This document shows positions 18,276 to 28,476 of a stretch of DNA of 64,000 nt, in pieces. How positions within the stretch are numbered: the stretch's first letter is position 1; each line of letters starts with the position of its first letter. Made by a program: the position numbers and the translations under genes. The notes below the pieces were generated by a model. That model was not told the origin of the DNA. It worked only from the letters and a program-made list of their open reading frames with translations, and made no database searches. Origin of the DNA: an uncultured delta proteobacterium (GTDB lineage Bacteria; Myxococcota; Myxococcia; Myxococcales; Anaeromyxobacteraceae); NCBI GenBank assembly GCA_963814585.1, contig CAWFDF010000004.1:224001-288000 (forward strand). Direction: 5' to 3'.

Positions 18276-19820
18276 TCAGGCCGTGCACCAGCGTGGGCCG
18301 CGCCGCACCGCCGCGCCGCGCCCGGCCAGGAGCTCGAGGGCCGCGTCGACCCTCGCCGCAGGAGCGCCGCAGGCCCGCACCAGCTCCTCGGGCGTGCAGC
18401 CGCGCAGCGCGCCGCGGAGCTCCAGCAGCACCGCCGCCTCGAGCGCGCCACCGGCCGACGTCGGGCCGGGCGCCGGCGCCTCCAGCACCGCCACGGCGGC
18501 GCGGGCGCGGGGTGCGGGCGCGGCGGCGACCGGGCCGGGCGCGATGGGTGCCGCCGGCCGGATCGGGGCGGTGGCAGGCGCCACGGCGGCGGGCCCCGCG
18601 ACGCGTGTCGCGCCCACGGCCACGGTCACGGTCACGGCCGCCTGCGATGGCGACGGCCCGGGCGCCGACCCAGGTCGCGAGGCGGTGCGCTGGTACCGCT
18701 CCAGCGCGCGCCGCGCCGTGTCGCTGCTCCGGCCCGAGAGCGCCGCGGCGGCCGCGCGGGCCACGCCCGCGTCGGCGTCGCGGAGCGCGGCGGCCAGCGC
18801 CGCCTCGGCCACCTCGCCGCGTGCGAAGCCGAGCAGGACCGCGGCGCGCCGCCGGACCATGGGGCTCCCGTCGCCGAGGCCCCTGGCCAGCCGCGGCAGC
18901 GCCGCCTCCTGGGCCACCGCCGCCAGCGTCTCCAGCGCCGCGGCCCGGACCTCGGGGCGCGGGTCGGCGAGCTCGCGCGCCGCCAGGTCGGCGGCGAACG
19001 GCTCCTGGAACCGCCCCAGGGCCTCCAGCAGCGCCACCTTGACGCCGGCGTCCGGCTCCTGCCCCAGCGCCGAGGCCAGCAGCGGCGCCGAGGCCCGGGC
19101 GCCCAGCGCCGCCAGCTGCCGGATGGCCCGCCGGCGCGCCGCCGGCTCGCCCGCCGAGAGCTCGGCCATGGCCCGCTCGTGGAGGACCCGGTCGGCGCGG
19201 GTGGGGAGCGCCGCGGCCAGCGAGGTGGCGTCGGCGCGGGAGAGCCCGGTGCGGCCCGCGGCCTGGAAGTCCCCGGCCAGCGCGGAGACCGCCGCGGGGG
19301 CGGCGCCGTGGCGCGCCGAGGTGGCGGCCGTCGCCGGCAGGCCCGCCGAGGCGGCCGGCGCCATCCCGCGCGCCTCGGCGCTCGCCTTCCAGGCGCGCAG
19401 CGACACGATCTCGGCGCGCAGCTCGGCGATGAAGCCGGCCAGGTCGGAGCCGTCGGCGTCGGCCGGCGCCTCGCCCTCCTGGGCCGGGGCGCCGCCGAGA
19501 CGGGCCCGCTCCACCAGCCCGCCCATGAGCCGCTCGCGCTCGGTCTCCAGCAGGTCGATCCGCTCGGTGAGGTCGCGCTCGCGCAGCACCCAGGCGCCGT
19601 GATCGCCGCGCGCGGTGGCCAGCTCCTGGGTCAGCTCGGTCTCCCGGGCGCGGGAGTGCGCGGCGTCGGCGCGGGCCCGCTCCGCCACCTGGCGCGCCGC
19701 GGCCAGCTCCGACTCGAGCTGGGCGACCTTGCACTCGAAGTAGACGATCTTCTCCAGCACGCTCCGGAGCAGCTCTCCCGGATCGCTCGCGCTGTCGCCC
19801 GATGGCCGCCGCCCGTCCAT
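18276..19820 (-). CDS. pomY: PomY-like protein (coiled coil, HEAT repeats, disordered Pro/Ala region)
   Basis: LEKIVYFE...coiled coil, repeated HEAT motifs (DPRPEVRAAALE, DGSPMVRRRAA, DADAGVARAAA), Pro/Ala-rich tail; synteny with pomZ-pomX. Confidence 0.78.
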   Translation of the reverse strand: MDGRRPSGDSASDPGELLRSVLEKIVYFECKVAQLESELAAARQVAERARADAAHSRARETELTQELATARGDHGAWVLRERDLTERIDLLETERERLMGGLVERARLGGAPAQEGEAPADADGSDLAGFIAELRAEIVSLRAWKASAEARGMAPAASAGLPATAATSARHGAAPAAVSALAGDFQAAGRTGLSRADATSLAAALPTRADRVLHERAMAELSAGEPAARRRAIRQLAALGARASAPLLASALGQEPDAGVKVALLEALGRFQEPFAADLAARELADPRPEVRAAALETLAAVAQEAALPRLARGLGDGSPMVRRRAAVLLGFARGEVAEAALAAALRDADAGVARAAAAALSGRSSDTARRALERYQRTASRPGSAPGPSPSQAAVTVTVAVGATRVAGPAAVAPATAPIRPAAPIAPGPVAAAPAPRARAAVAVLEAPAPGPTSAGGALEAAVLLELRGALRGCTPEELVRACGAPAARVDAALELLAGRGAAVRRGPRWCTA

Positions 19821-19955
19821 TCCCCGTCCACCCTCGCCACCCGAACGGATCCCGCCCTGATCACGGGATCTTGCTGCGATATCGGAGAGTAGCCGCTCGG
19901 ATCCGGGAAGGCAAATCCTCGACCGCGCTCCAGGGGCCGGGAGCGCCCGACCGCC

Positions 19956-21260
19956 TCAGCCCGGGGCGCGCTCCAGCCCGTGGCCACCGGGGCCCCGCTC
20001 GCGGCGCCAGAGCAGGAAGGAGAAGACGAAGCCGAGCGTGGAGAGGGCCGCCAGCATCCACATCACCGGCAGCCAGCCGCCCGGGTTGGCGGCGCTGGCG
20101 TGGGCCGCGTCCTTCACCGCGCCCATGCCCCAGACCATGCCCGCCCAGACCAGCTGCTGGCAGAAGGTCATGAGGGCGTACGCCGAGCCCAGCCGCTCCA
20201 CCGGCACCAGGTAGGTGACCGCCGGCCAGAGGACGGCGGGGACCAGCGCGAAGGCCAGGCCGAGCATCCCCATGGAGAGCTCGAGCGGGAGCCGGGTGTG
20301 GGCCATGAGCAGGAAGGGCGGCACCAGCAGGGCCGAGCCGACCAGCATGAAGAGCGCCCGCCGGCCGATCCGGTCGACCACGAAGCCGAAGATGGGCATG
20401 CCGATCATCGAGAACATCGGCAGGATCGACTTGAGCTGGCCGGCCCGCTCTGGCGTGACGCCGTGGGCGTCGATGAGGAAGAGGTTGGCGAAGGTGCGGA
20501 ACGGGAAGATGGAGGCGTAGAAGGCGACGCACAGCCCCACCACCCACCAGTAGCCCAGGTTGAAGCGGACCAGGTCGGAGAGCACCAGCTTGTCGGTGGC
20601 CCCGGCGCTGGCCACGGCGTACCGGCTGGCGGCGGTGCGCTCCAGGGCGGCGTAGGCGATGGCGAAGACCAGCCAGGCCAGGCCGAGCGCCGCCGCCAGC
20701 AGGAGCGGCGGCTGCCAGCCGGAGAAGAGCGGCTGGAAGAGGTCCGGCGACTGGTCGGCCACCCAGGAGCCCCCGCGCGCCACCAGCAGCTGGAGCGCCA
20801 GGGCGAACGAGATCTCCTTCCCCTTGAACCAGCGGCCCACCACCGTGGTCGAGGCCACGATGAAGAGCTCGGAGCCGATGCCGAGCAGGAACCGCCCCGC
20901 CATCATCCCGGCCCAGGGCGTGGCCGGGAAGAGCGCGGGCAGCACGGCGATGAGCAGCGTGCCCACGGCGCCGACGGCGGCGAAGAGGATGGCCGAGGCG
21001 GCCATGCCGATCCGGTCGATGAGCACGCCGCCGGCGATGAGCGTCAGCAGCGCCGCCACGTTGTAGCTGGTGTCGAGCAGGCCGAGCTGCTCGCCGGTGA
21101 CGCCGAAGGACTTCTCCAGCAGGGGCGCCACCGGGTAGAGCGCGTCGAAGGTGTAGTAGCAGCCGAACATGGCCAGGCTGCACGAGGCCAGCACCAGCCA
21201 GCGGTAGCCGGCCGGGGGCGGTGGGCGGGGGGTGGCCGTGACGGGGGGGGCGTCGGACAT
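19956..21260 (-). CDS. MFS transporter (MFSD1-like)
   Basis: About 12 hydrophobic segments, GGVLIDRIG and GFVVDRIGRR motif-A copies, RWFKGKEISFA. Confidence 0.88.
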   Translation of the reverse strand: MSDAPPVTATPRPPPPAGYRWLVLASCSLAMFGCYYTFDALYPVAPLLEKSFGVTGEQLGLLDTSYNVAALLTLIAGGVLIDRIGMAASAILFAAVGAVGTLLIAVLPALFPATPWAGMMAGRFLLGIGSELFIVASTTVVGRWFKGKEISFALALQLLVARGGSWVADQSPDLFQPLFSGWQPPLLLAAALGLAWLVFAIAYAALERTAASRYAVASAGATDKLVLSDLVRFNLGYWWVVGLCVAFYASIFPFRTFANLFLIDAHGVTPERAGQLKSILPMFSMIGMPIFGFVVDRIGRRALFMLVGSALLVPPFLLMAHTRLPLELSMGMLGLAFALVPAVLWPAVTYLVPVERLGSAYALMTFCQQLVWAGMVWGMGAVKDAAHASAANPGGWLPVMWMLAALSTLGFVFSFLLWRRERGPGGHGLERAPG

Positions 21261-21376
21261 GGGGGCGCAGCCTAGCACCCCAGGGGACGGGCCCCACCGA
21301 GGGCGTTCCCCGGGGCGGACGTGCGGAGCCGGGCGCGGCCGGTTAGGTGAGTCCCATCCACGAGGAGGAGACCCCC

Positions 21377-21925
21377 ATGGCCCTGGTTCGATCCGCAGCC
21401 CTGCTCGTCGTGCTGGCCTCGCCCGCCGCCCCGGCCATCGCCCTGGCCGCCGAGCCCGAGCAGCACATGGCACCCGCCGCCGAGACCCCCAGCCCCGACT
21501 TCGATCGGCTCAAGGCCATGGCCGGGACGTGGGAGGGAACGGCGAGCCATGGCGGGGACCAGAAGCCCACGGCCACGCGGGCCACGATCCAGGTGGTCTC
21601 CGCCGGCTCGGCGGTCATGCTGATCACCGATCCGGGGGCTTCGCACGAGATGGTCACCATGTTCCACCGCGATGGCGAGGCCCTGCTCGCCACCCACTAC
21701 TGTGCGGCCATGAACCAGCCGCGCATGAAGGCTCGCGCCGGCTCGCCGGCCGGAACCATCGCCTTCGAGTTCCTGGACGGCACCAACCTCGGCCCGCACC
21801 CTGGCCGGATGCAGGGGCTGGTGGTCACCGTGCCGGGGCCCGATCACCACACCCAGGCCTGGATCTTCCGCGCCGGCGGAAAGGACAGCACCTTGACCCT
21901 GGACCTGAAGCGCACCAGGGGCTGA
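21377..21925 (+). CDS. Exported hypothetical protein
   Basis: GAGGAG Shine-Dalgarno, signal peptide, LATHYCAAMNQPRM motif, beta-rich pattern. Confidence 0.75.
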   Translation: MALVRSAALLVVLASPAAPAIALAAEPEQHMAPAAETPSPDFDRLKAMAGTWEGTASHGGDQKPTATRATIQVVSAGSAVMLITDPGASHEMVTMFHRDGEALLATHYCAAMNQPRMKARAGSPAGTIAFEFLDGTNLGPHPGRMQGLVVTVPGPDHHTQAWIFRAGGKDSTLTLDLKRTRG

Positions 21926-21951
21926 CGGCGCCAGTCCCCTGGTCAGAGCCC

Positions 21952-22680
21952 TCACCGGCGCTGGGCCTCGCCGGTCATGGGCACGAAGCGGACCAGGAGG
22001 AGGGACTTGCGGCTCAGACCCGCCGCGGTCCGCTCGACCCGCACCAGCTCCTGCACCCCCTCCTCGCCGATGGGGGCGACCAGCCGGCCGCCGACCGCCA
22101 GCTGGTCGAGCAGCGGCGGCGGGATCTCCAGCGGCGCCGCGGCCAGGAGGATGGCGTCGTAGGGAGCGCGCTCCGGCCAGCCGAAGTAGCCGTCGCCGGC
22201 GTGGACGTGGATGTTGCGGTACCCCAGCGCCTCCAGCCGCGCCGCGGCCTGCTGCGCCAGCGGCTCGACGAGATCGATGGTGTGGACCTCGCCGGCCAGC
22301 AGGGACAGCACCGCGGCCTGGTACCCCGAGCCGGTCCCGATCTCGAGCACCCGGGCGCCGGGCCTCAGCCGCGCCGCCTCGGCCGTCACCGCCACGATGT
22401 AGGGCTGGCTGATGGTCTGGCCGTGGCCGATGCCGAGCGGCCAGTCCGAGTAGGCCTGGCCGAGCAACGACGCCGGGACGAAGCGGTGGCGCTCCACGCG
22501 CCGCATGGCGTCGAGGACGCGCGGGTCGCGGATGCCGCGGGCCTCGATCTGCGTGGCCACCATGCGCAGCCGGGCCGCGGTGCTGGCCGCGTCCGCCTCG
22601 GCACCTGACGCTGCAGCCTCTGGCCACCCTGGCAGCCATCCCACCGGGACCACCTCGCTTCCCGGGGCCGACTTGACCAC
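21952..22680 (-). CDS. pcm: Protein-L-isoaspartate O-methyltransferase
   Basis: [47 protein letters not shown]; start uncertain. Confidence 0.94.
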   Translation of the reverse strand: MVKSAPGSEVVPVGWLPGWPEAAASGAEADAASTAARLRMVATQIEARGIRDPRVLDAMRRVERHRFVPASLLGQAYSDWPLGIGHGQTISQPYIVAVTAEAARLRPGARVLEIGTGSGYQAAVLSLLAGEVHTIDLVEPLAQQAAARLEALGYRNIHVHAGDGYFGWPERAPYDAILLAAAPLEIPPPLLDQLAVGGRLVAPIGEEGVQELVRVERTAAGLSRKSLLLVRFVPMTGEAQRR

Positions 22681-22756
22681 CCGGCGTCGCGCTGGTCGAG
22701 GCCCCTGGGAGGTGGGTCCCTCCCGGGTGGCGGGATTCCAGGTCCGCCGCTCGGCC

Positions 22757-23602
22757 CTACCCCTCGTCGCTCCCCCCCATGGCCCGGTGCAGCCCGGGCG
22801 CCAGCGCCAGCGCCGCCAGCGCCAGCGCCACCCCGGCCACCACGTCGGCCACGTAGTGGACCTGGATGTAGACGGTGGCGAAGATCACCGCCGCCGCCCA
22901 GGCCCAGAGCGGCAGCGCCCAGCGCGGGAAGAGGCGCGTCCCCAGCGCCGCCGGCACCAGCGACAGGGCGGTGTGGCCGCTGGGGAAGGCGTCCAGGGTG
23001 GTGGCCTCGGCGGCGCGCAGGAAGGCTCGCACCGCGTGGGCGACGGCGCCGCCCCCCAGCACCAGGGCCTCGTCGGCGTGCGGCACGCGGGGGCCGGAGG
23101 CGGGCCAGAGGAAGTAGCCCAGGTAGGAGAGGTAGAAGGCCAGCAGCAGGGTGAAGACGGTCCGCTCGAAGGCGGCCGGCTCCCGCCAGGCCCGCGCCGC
23201 CACCGCCACGCCCACCGGGAGCAGGTAGTAGCTCCAGTAGGCGGCGTAGACGAGATCGGTGAACCAGTCCGGCCGCCCCAGGGCGCCACGCCAGGCCGCG
23301 GCGATCGGGGCGAACCAGCGGGCGTCCACCGCCGCCAGCAGCTGGTCGTAGCGGACCGGGTTGAGCGCCACGATGATCGGCTGGAGCAGCGAGAAGATGG
23401 CGACGACGATGGCCACCGGGGCGAAGTCGCGGAGCCAGCCGAGCGGGCCGGGCCGGTCCCCGGTCCGCGCCAGCGCCAGCACCACGGCCAGCAGGCCGGC
23501 CGTCGCCACCAGCCTCGGCCCCGCCTCGGGGGCCCGCGACGCGGCGGCCGCCGCGGAGAGCAGCAGCAGGGCCAGGGCCGTGAGCCGCTCCGAGCCCCTC
23601 AT
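22757..23602 (-). CDS. PAP2 superfamily membrane phosphatase/phosphotransferase (AUR1/PAP2_3-like)
   Basis: Multiple TM segments, [25 protein letters not shown]. Confidence 0.85.
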   Translation of the reverse strand: MRGSERLTALALLLLSAAAAASRAPEAGPRLVATAGLLAVVLALARTGDRPGPLGWLRDFAPVAIVVAIFSLLQPIIVALNPVRYDQLLAAVDARWFAPIAAAWRGALGRPDWFTDLVYAAYWSYYLLPVGVAVAARAWREPAAFERTVFTLLLAFYLSYLGYFLWPASGPRVPHADEALVLGGGAVAHAVRAFLRAAEATTLDAFPSGHTALSLVPAALGTRLFPRWALPLWAWAAAVIFATVYIQVHYVADVVAGVALALAALALAPGLHRAMGGSDEG

Positions 23603-24480
23603 CGGCCCGCCGGCGGCGCGCCCACGCCGCCGGTCCAGGCCGGCTCGCCCTCGGGCGGGCCGAGGTGGCGGGTGGGGTCCTCCAGGATCTGCTGCACCAG
23701 GAGGAGCGAGCGGGCGCAGGAGTAGGCGTCGTCGATCCGCTCGTCGAAGGTCCAGCGGACCGAGAGCCCGTCGTCGACCACCACCCGGTCCCGCTCCACG
23801 AACGGGTGGCGCCGCGGCGCCGACACGGCGCCAAAGATGGAGACCGTCCCGTACTCATAGAGGTGGTGGTAGGCGTCGGAGACGCCCACCGAGCCGAGGT
23901 TCGCCAGGAACAGGCTGGCGTACATCGGGTCGTCCTTGATCATGAACCAGGGGTAGAGGTTCCAGCGGTCGAGCGCCCGGGCCAGCGCCACCAGCCCGGT
24001 GATGAGCGGCCCGGGCAGCCGCATCACCAGGCCGATCTCCCTGTCGACCCGCCGCTCGATCTCGCGGGCCTCGCCCACCAGCCCGGAGAAGCGCGCCGAG
24101 AAGGCCCGGAACGGCTCGCCCGGCGTGAGCTGCACCTTCACGGTCGCCTCCGCCCCCTCGTCGGAGAACTCCTCCTTGGCGATGAAGGAGACGGCCACGC
24201 CGCGCCGCTGGTAGATGCGCCCGCCGGAGACGAAGCGGTTGAGGCGGGGCCGGGCGTCGAGCACCACCGCGCAGGCGTAGGCGAGCAGCTGGAAGAGGGT
24301 GGCGCGCGGCCGGTGGGCACGGTTGTAGGCGCGAAGCCAGGCCCGGGCGGCGGCGATGCGGTAGGTGGTGTCCTGGAAGACGACGCTCTCGTTCCGGACG
24401 CGCATCAGGTACGGCATGATCAGGCGCGCCGGGACCTCGTCGCGGACCAGATCGCCATCGGGGCGGCGAAACAGGGGCAT
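23599..24480 (-). CDS. Stand-alone 2-oxoacid dehydrogenase E2-type (CAT-fold) acyltransferase domain protein
   Basis: RPRLNRFVSGGRIYQR, SLFLANLGSVG, WTFDERIDDA; no lipoyl domain; ATGA overlap with the PAP2 gene. Confidence 0.75.
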   Translation of the reverse strand: MPLFRRPDGDLVRDEVPARLIMPYLMRVRNESVVFQDTTYRIAAARAWLRAYNRAHRPRATLFQLLAYACAVVLDARPRLNRFVSGGRIYQRRGVAVSFIAKEEFSDEGAEATVKVQLTPGEPFRAFSARFSGLVGEAREIERRVDREIGLVMRLPGPLITGLVALARALDRWNLYPWFMIKDDPMYASLFLANLGSVGVSDAYHHLYEYGTVSIFGAVSAPRRHPFVERDRVVVDDGLSVRWTFDERIDDAYSCARSLLLVQQILEDPTRHLGPPEGEPAWTGGVGAPPAGR

Positions 24481-24544
24481 CCACGCAGGGTCGTGCCGGG
24501 GCCGGGGCGTGTCAAGGCGAGCCGGGCGCCCCGCCGCCGGACCA

Positions 24545-24612
24545 GAGAACCGGGCGTGCCGCGACCGCAGCTGGACCGGAGAGCCGGGCGTGCCGCGACC
24601 GTTGCTCGACGG
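24545..24612. repeat. Two-unit tandem repeat, period 34 bp
   Basis: Identical 18-mer CCGGGCGTGCCGCGACCG at 24550-24567 and 24584-24601 with similar flanks. Confidence 0.8.
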
Positions 24613-24641
24613 CACGCCCCCGGCGATCCCTCATGGCGCCA

Positions 24642-24807
24642 CTCACCTGGCCCGATCCCTGCTGCGGCGCTCGCTGCCTGGCTGCGCCGGGCGGACTCCT
24701 CCGTCCGCTGCTCAGCGGGCCACCAGCCCGCTTCCGCCACTCCGTCGTCGTGCGACCCGGCTCGCCGACGGCATCGTGTGCCTCGCGACGGGCTCAGGCC
24801 AGGCGAG
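24642..24807 (-). repeat. Structured ~165-bp dispersed element, copy 1 (MITE/REPIN-like or ncRNA)
   Basis: Imperfect 18-bp terminal inverted repeats (24642-24659 and 24790-24807), two internal hairpins; aligns along its length to the reverse complement of 45439-45600. Confidence 0.85.
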
Positions 24808-24813
24808 GCGCTG

Positions 24814-26157
<1,344 letters not shown>

Positions 26158-26279
26158 GGTGACTCCTGTGCTGCAACGGCGATGTGGTGGGACGGGGAGA
26201 TGGGGCGCGACGCCGCTCGTGCGGCGCGCGGTGGCGGCCTAGCAGGCGGCCGGCGGCGGCTGGGCGCGGAGGTTGGGGG

Positions 26280-27635
26280 TCACGACAGCACCGCCTCCAC
26301 GCTCTCGCGAAACACCTCGGTATGCAAGTCGACGTCGGCGGCGTTGGTGACCGGGCACATCAGCGCCATGTTGTGGAAGGGGGTCATGAGGACCCCGCGG
26401 TTGAGCGCGGCCAGGTGCATGTAGCGGTCGAGCTCGGCGTCCACCGCGGCGGCGGCCTCGCCGCCGTTGCGGGGCGCGGTGGCGCGGAACCAGTACTCGG
26501 CCCGGGCCCCCAGCCGCTTCACGATCCAGGGCAGGCCCTGCTCGGCGATGACGCCCTCGACGCCGGCGGCGAAGCGCTCGGCCAGCGGGATCATCCGGGC
26601 GTAGGCCGCCTCGGTGAGCACCTCGCCCAGCGTGGCCCGCATGGCGGCGACCGCCAGCGCGTTCCCGGCCAGCGTCCCGCCGATGCCGCCGGTGTCGGCG
26701 AGGTCCCGCGCGGTGGCCGCGCGCCACCGCGTCGCCACCTCCTCGGTGAACCCGTAGACCGCCGCCGGGATGCCCGAGGCGATGGCCTTGCCGACCGTGA
26801 CGAAGTCGGGCTCCAGCCCCCAGGCGAGGGTGCAGCCGCCCGGGCCGGCCGAGACGGTGTGGGTCTCGTCGATGACCAGCAGCGTGCCGTGCTTCCTGGT
26901 CAGGGCCCGCAGCGCGGCGTGGTAGCCCGGGTCGGGCAAGACGATGCCGATGTTGGTCATGGCCGGCTCGGCCAGCACGCAGGCCACGTCGCCGTGGGCC
27001 AGCGCCCGCTCCAGCGCCGCCAGGTCGTTGAACTCGACCACCCGGGTGGTGACGGCCGGGTCCACCGGCGGGCCGACGTTGCCGGCCCGCGGGCCGACGC
27101 GTCCGTCGGGGCCGAGCGTGGCGAAGGTCTCGTCGACGGTGCCGTGGTAGCACCAGTTGAAGACCAGCACCTTGGGCCGCCCGGTGATCTGCCGGGCGAT
27201 GCGGATGACGAACCGGTTGGCGTCGGTGGCGGTCATGGCCAGCTGCCACGACGGCAGCGAGAAGCGGCGGGACAGCTCGGCCGAGACCTCCAGCGCCTCC
27301 TCGGTGGGGAGCATGAAGGTGATGCCGCGATCGAGCTGCGCCTTGATGGCCACCAGCGCCGCGTCGGGGGCGTGGCCGGTCATGGCCCCGGTGTCGCCGA
27401 GGCAGAAGTCGACGTAGGTCCGGCCGTCGACGTCGGTGAAGCGCGCCCCCTTGGCCTGCTCCACGAAGAGCGGGAAGGCGCCGGCCCAGCGGGTCATCCA
27501 GCTCATGGGCACGCCGTCGTGCAGGTGCGCCTTGGCGCGCTCGAAGAGCTCCCGCGAGGTCCGGTGCTCCGCGGAGAAGCGGGCCTGCTCCGCCTTCAGG
27601 GCGGCCGCCAGGCGGTTGCGATCGATGGTCCTCAT
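26280..27635 (-). CDS. Class III PLP aminotransferase, glutamate-semialdehyde aminomutase-like, substrate unknown
   Basis: DGVPMSWM, DFCLGDTGAMTGH, YHG, IDETHT, VGKAIASG, GGTLAGN. Confidence 0.85.
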   Translation of the reverse strand: MRTIDRNRLAAALKAEQARFSAEHRTSRELFERAKAHLHDGVPMSWMTRWAGAFPLFVEQAKGARFTDVDGRTYVDFCLGDTGAMTGHAPDAALVAIKAQLDRGITFMLPTEEALEVSAELSRRFSLPSWQLAMTATDANRFVIRIARQITGRPKVLVFNWCYHGTVDETFATLGPDGRVGPRAGNVGPPVDPAVTTRVVEFNDLAALERALAHGDVACVLAEPAMTNIGIVLPDPGYHAALRALTRKHGTLLVIDETHTVSAGPGGCTLAWGLEPDFVTVGKAIASGIPAAVYGFTEEVATRWRAATARDLADTGGIGGTLAGNALAVAAMRATLGEVLTEAAYARMIPLAERFAAGVEGVIAEQGLPWIVKRLGARAEYWFRATAPRNGGEAAAAVDAELDRYMHLAALNRGVLMTPFHNMALMCPVTNAADVDLHTEVFRESVEAVLS

Positions 27636-27660
27636 CTCGGCTTCCTTTCTGCCGGGCACG

Positions 27661-28476
27661 TCACCTGGACGCTCCGGCCACGTCCTCGGTGCCGCGCGTC
27701 AGCCACCAGGCGGCGAGGATGGGCAGTGCCGTCACCACCATCACCACCAGCGCCACCACGTTGGTGACCGGGACGTCGCGCGGCCGGCCCAGCTGGCCGA
27801 GCAGCCAGAGGGGCAGGGTCTGCTCGTGGCCGGCGGTGAAGGTGGTGACGATGATCTCGTCGAAGGAGAGGCCGAAGGCGAGGATGCCCCCGGCCAGCAG
27901 CGAGGTCCCCAGCTGCGGCAGGATCACGCGGCGGAAGGTCTGGAAGGTGTCGGCGCCCAGGTCCATCGAGGCCTCGATGAGGCTGGGCGGCAGCCGGCGC
28001 AGCCGCGCCACCACGTTGTTGTAGACCACCACCACGCAGAAGGTGGCGTGGCCGACGGCGATGGTCCAGAAGCCCGGATTGACGTGCCCCAGCCGGAAGG
28101 CGGAGAGCAGCGCGATGCCGGTGATGATCCCGGGCAGGGCGATGGGGAGGATGAAGATCAGCGTGATGGCGTCCTTCCCCGGAAACGGCCGGCGGGCCAG
28201 CGCCAGGGCCGCCGCGCTGCCGAGCAGCAGCGCGGCCACGGTGGCCACGGCGGCGATGCGGACGGAGAGCAGGATGGCCCGGACCACGTCGTCCCGGGCC
28301 GCGGCGCGGGCGAACCACTTGAGGGTGAGCCCCGGGGGCGGGAAGCTGAAGGCGCTCTCCTCGGTGCTGAAGGCGTAGAGGGCCACCACCAGGATGGGGA
28401 CATGGAGGAAGACCACCCCGCCCCAGGCGAGGAGACGGAGCCACCAGGGGGCGGGCGGGGCCTGGTCAGAGCGCAT
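27661..28476 (-). CDS. Polyamine-type ABC transporter permease (YdcV/PotC-like)
   Basis: EAA loop [28 protein letters not shown]. Confidence 0.92.
   Translation of the reverse strand: MRSDQAPPAPWWLRLLAWGGVVFLHVPILVVALYAFSTEESAFSFPPPGLTLKWFARAAARDDVVRAILLSVRIAAVATVAALLLGSAAALALARRPFPGKDAITLIFILPIALPGIITGIALLSAFRLGHVNPGFWTIAVGHATFCVVVVYNNVVARLRRLPPSLIEASMDLGADTFQTFRRVILPQLGTSLLAGGILAFGLSFDEIIVTTFTAGHEQTLPLWLLGQLGRPRDVPVTNVVALVVMVVTALPILAAWWLTRGTEDVAGASR

Noticed and set aside
24545..24612. Possible mini CRISPR array
   Set aside because: Only two units, the 'spacers' are similar to each other and too short, and no cas genes are present.
26280..27635. Calling the aminotransferase hemL
   Set aside because: It lacks the HemL PGGVNSPVR-type N-terminal motif and sits in a polyamine transport operon.
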